Source: Chrysomallon squamiferum (lineage: Eukaryota; Animalia; Mollusca). Taken from it: a DNA stretch of 64,000 nucleotides. This document shows, one piece after another, positions 63,875 to 64,000 of the stretch; within the stretch, counting starts at the first letter, position 1; each line of letters opens with the position of its first letter. Location: assembly GCA_012295275.1 (NCBI GenBank), contig CM022677.1, positions 930,001 through 994,000 of the forward strand, read 5' to 3'. The notes beneath the pieces were generated by a model. It was not told where the DNA came from and did not search any database. It saw only the letters and a list, made by a program, of their open reading frames with translations. The position numbers and the translations under genes were made by a program.

Positions 63875-64000
63875 GTCAGTTCTTATTTTAAAGTTTTTGA
63901 AAAATAATCATTAATGTGTAAAGAAACTGCTGTAATAAAAAATAAAAATAAAACTGAAAAATAAAATAATAATAATAATAATAAACCAACACAATAAACC

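Overview
AT-rich, intron-containing animal genomic DNA, probably an invertebrate such as a gastropod mollusc (inference from composition, repeats and protein divergence). It is not prokaryotic: I found no operons, CRISPR arrays, rRNA or tRNA. By following GT-AG boundaries and reading frames I could rebuild 11 spliced genes whose strands alternate perfectly: BTBD1/2 3' end (+), a secreted LRR protein (-), MFSD3 (+), ABHD8 (-), MRPL34 (+), SPG21/maspardin (-), ODF3/SHIPPO-repeat (+), CKS1 (-), SHC (+), ZCCHC9 (-) and the 5' part of TTC37/SKIC3 (+). These form five consecutive head-to-head pairs, and several neighbourhoods match human ones (ABHD8-MRPL34, CKS-SHC, SHC-ODF3L). Mobile DNA includes two related Tigger/pogo-type elements, a decayed MULE inside the MRPL34 intron, a small MITE and a probable SINE fragment. 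The most unusual signal is six unrelated tandem duplications or minisatellites (units of about 22, 40, 52, 86, 130-153 and 154 bp) in four genes that each straddle an exon-intron junction. They create arrays of decoy splice sites, and only the exon-proximal copy keeps the reading frame. SPG21 exons 3-4 and one TTC37 exon show frame damage that could be assembly error or real decay. All gene identities come from my recall of family motifs; no database search was run.
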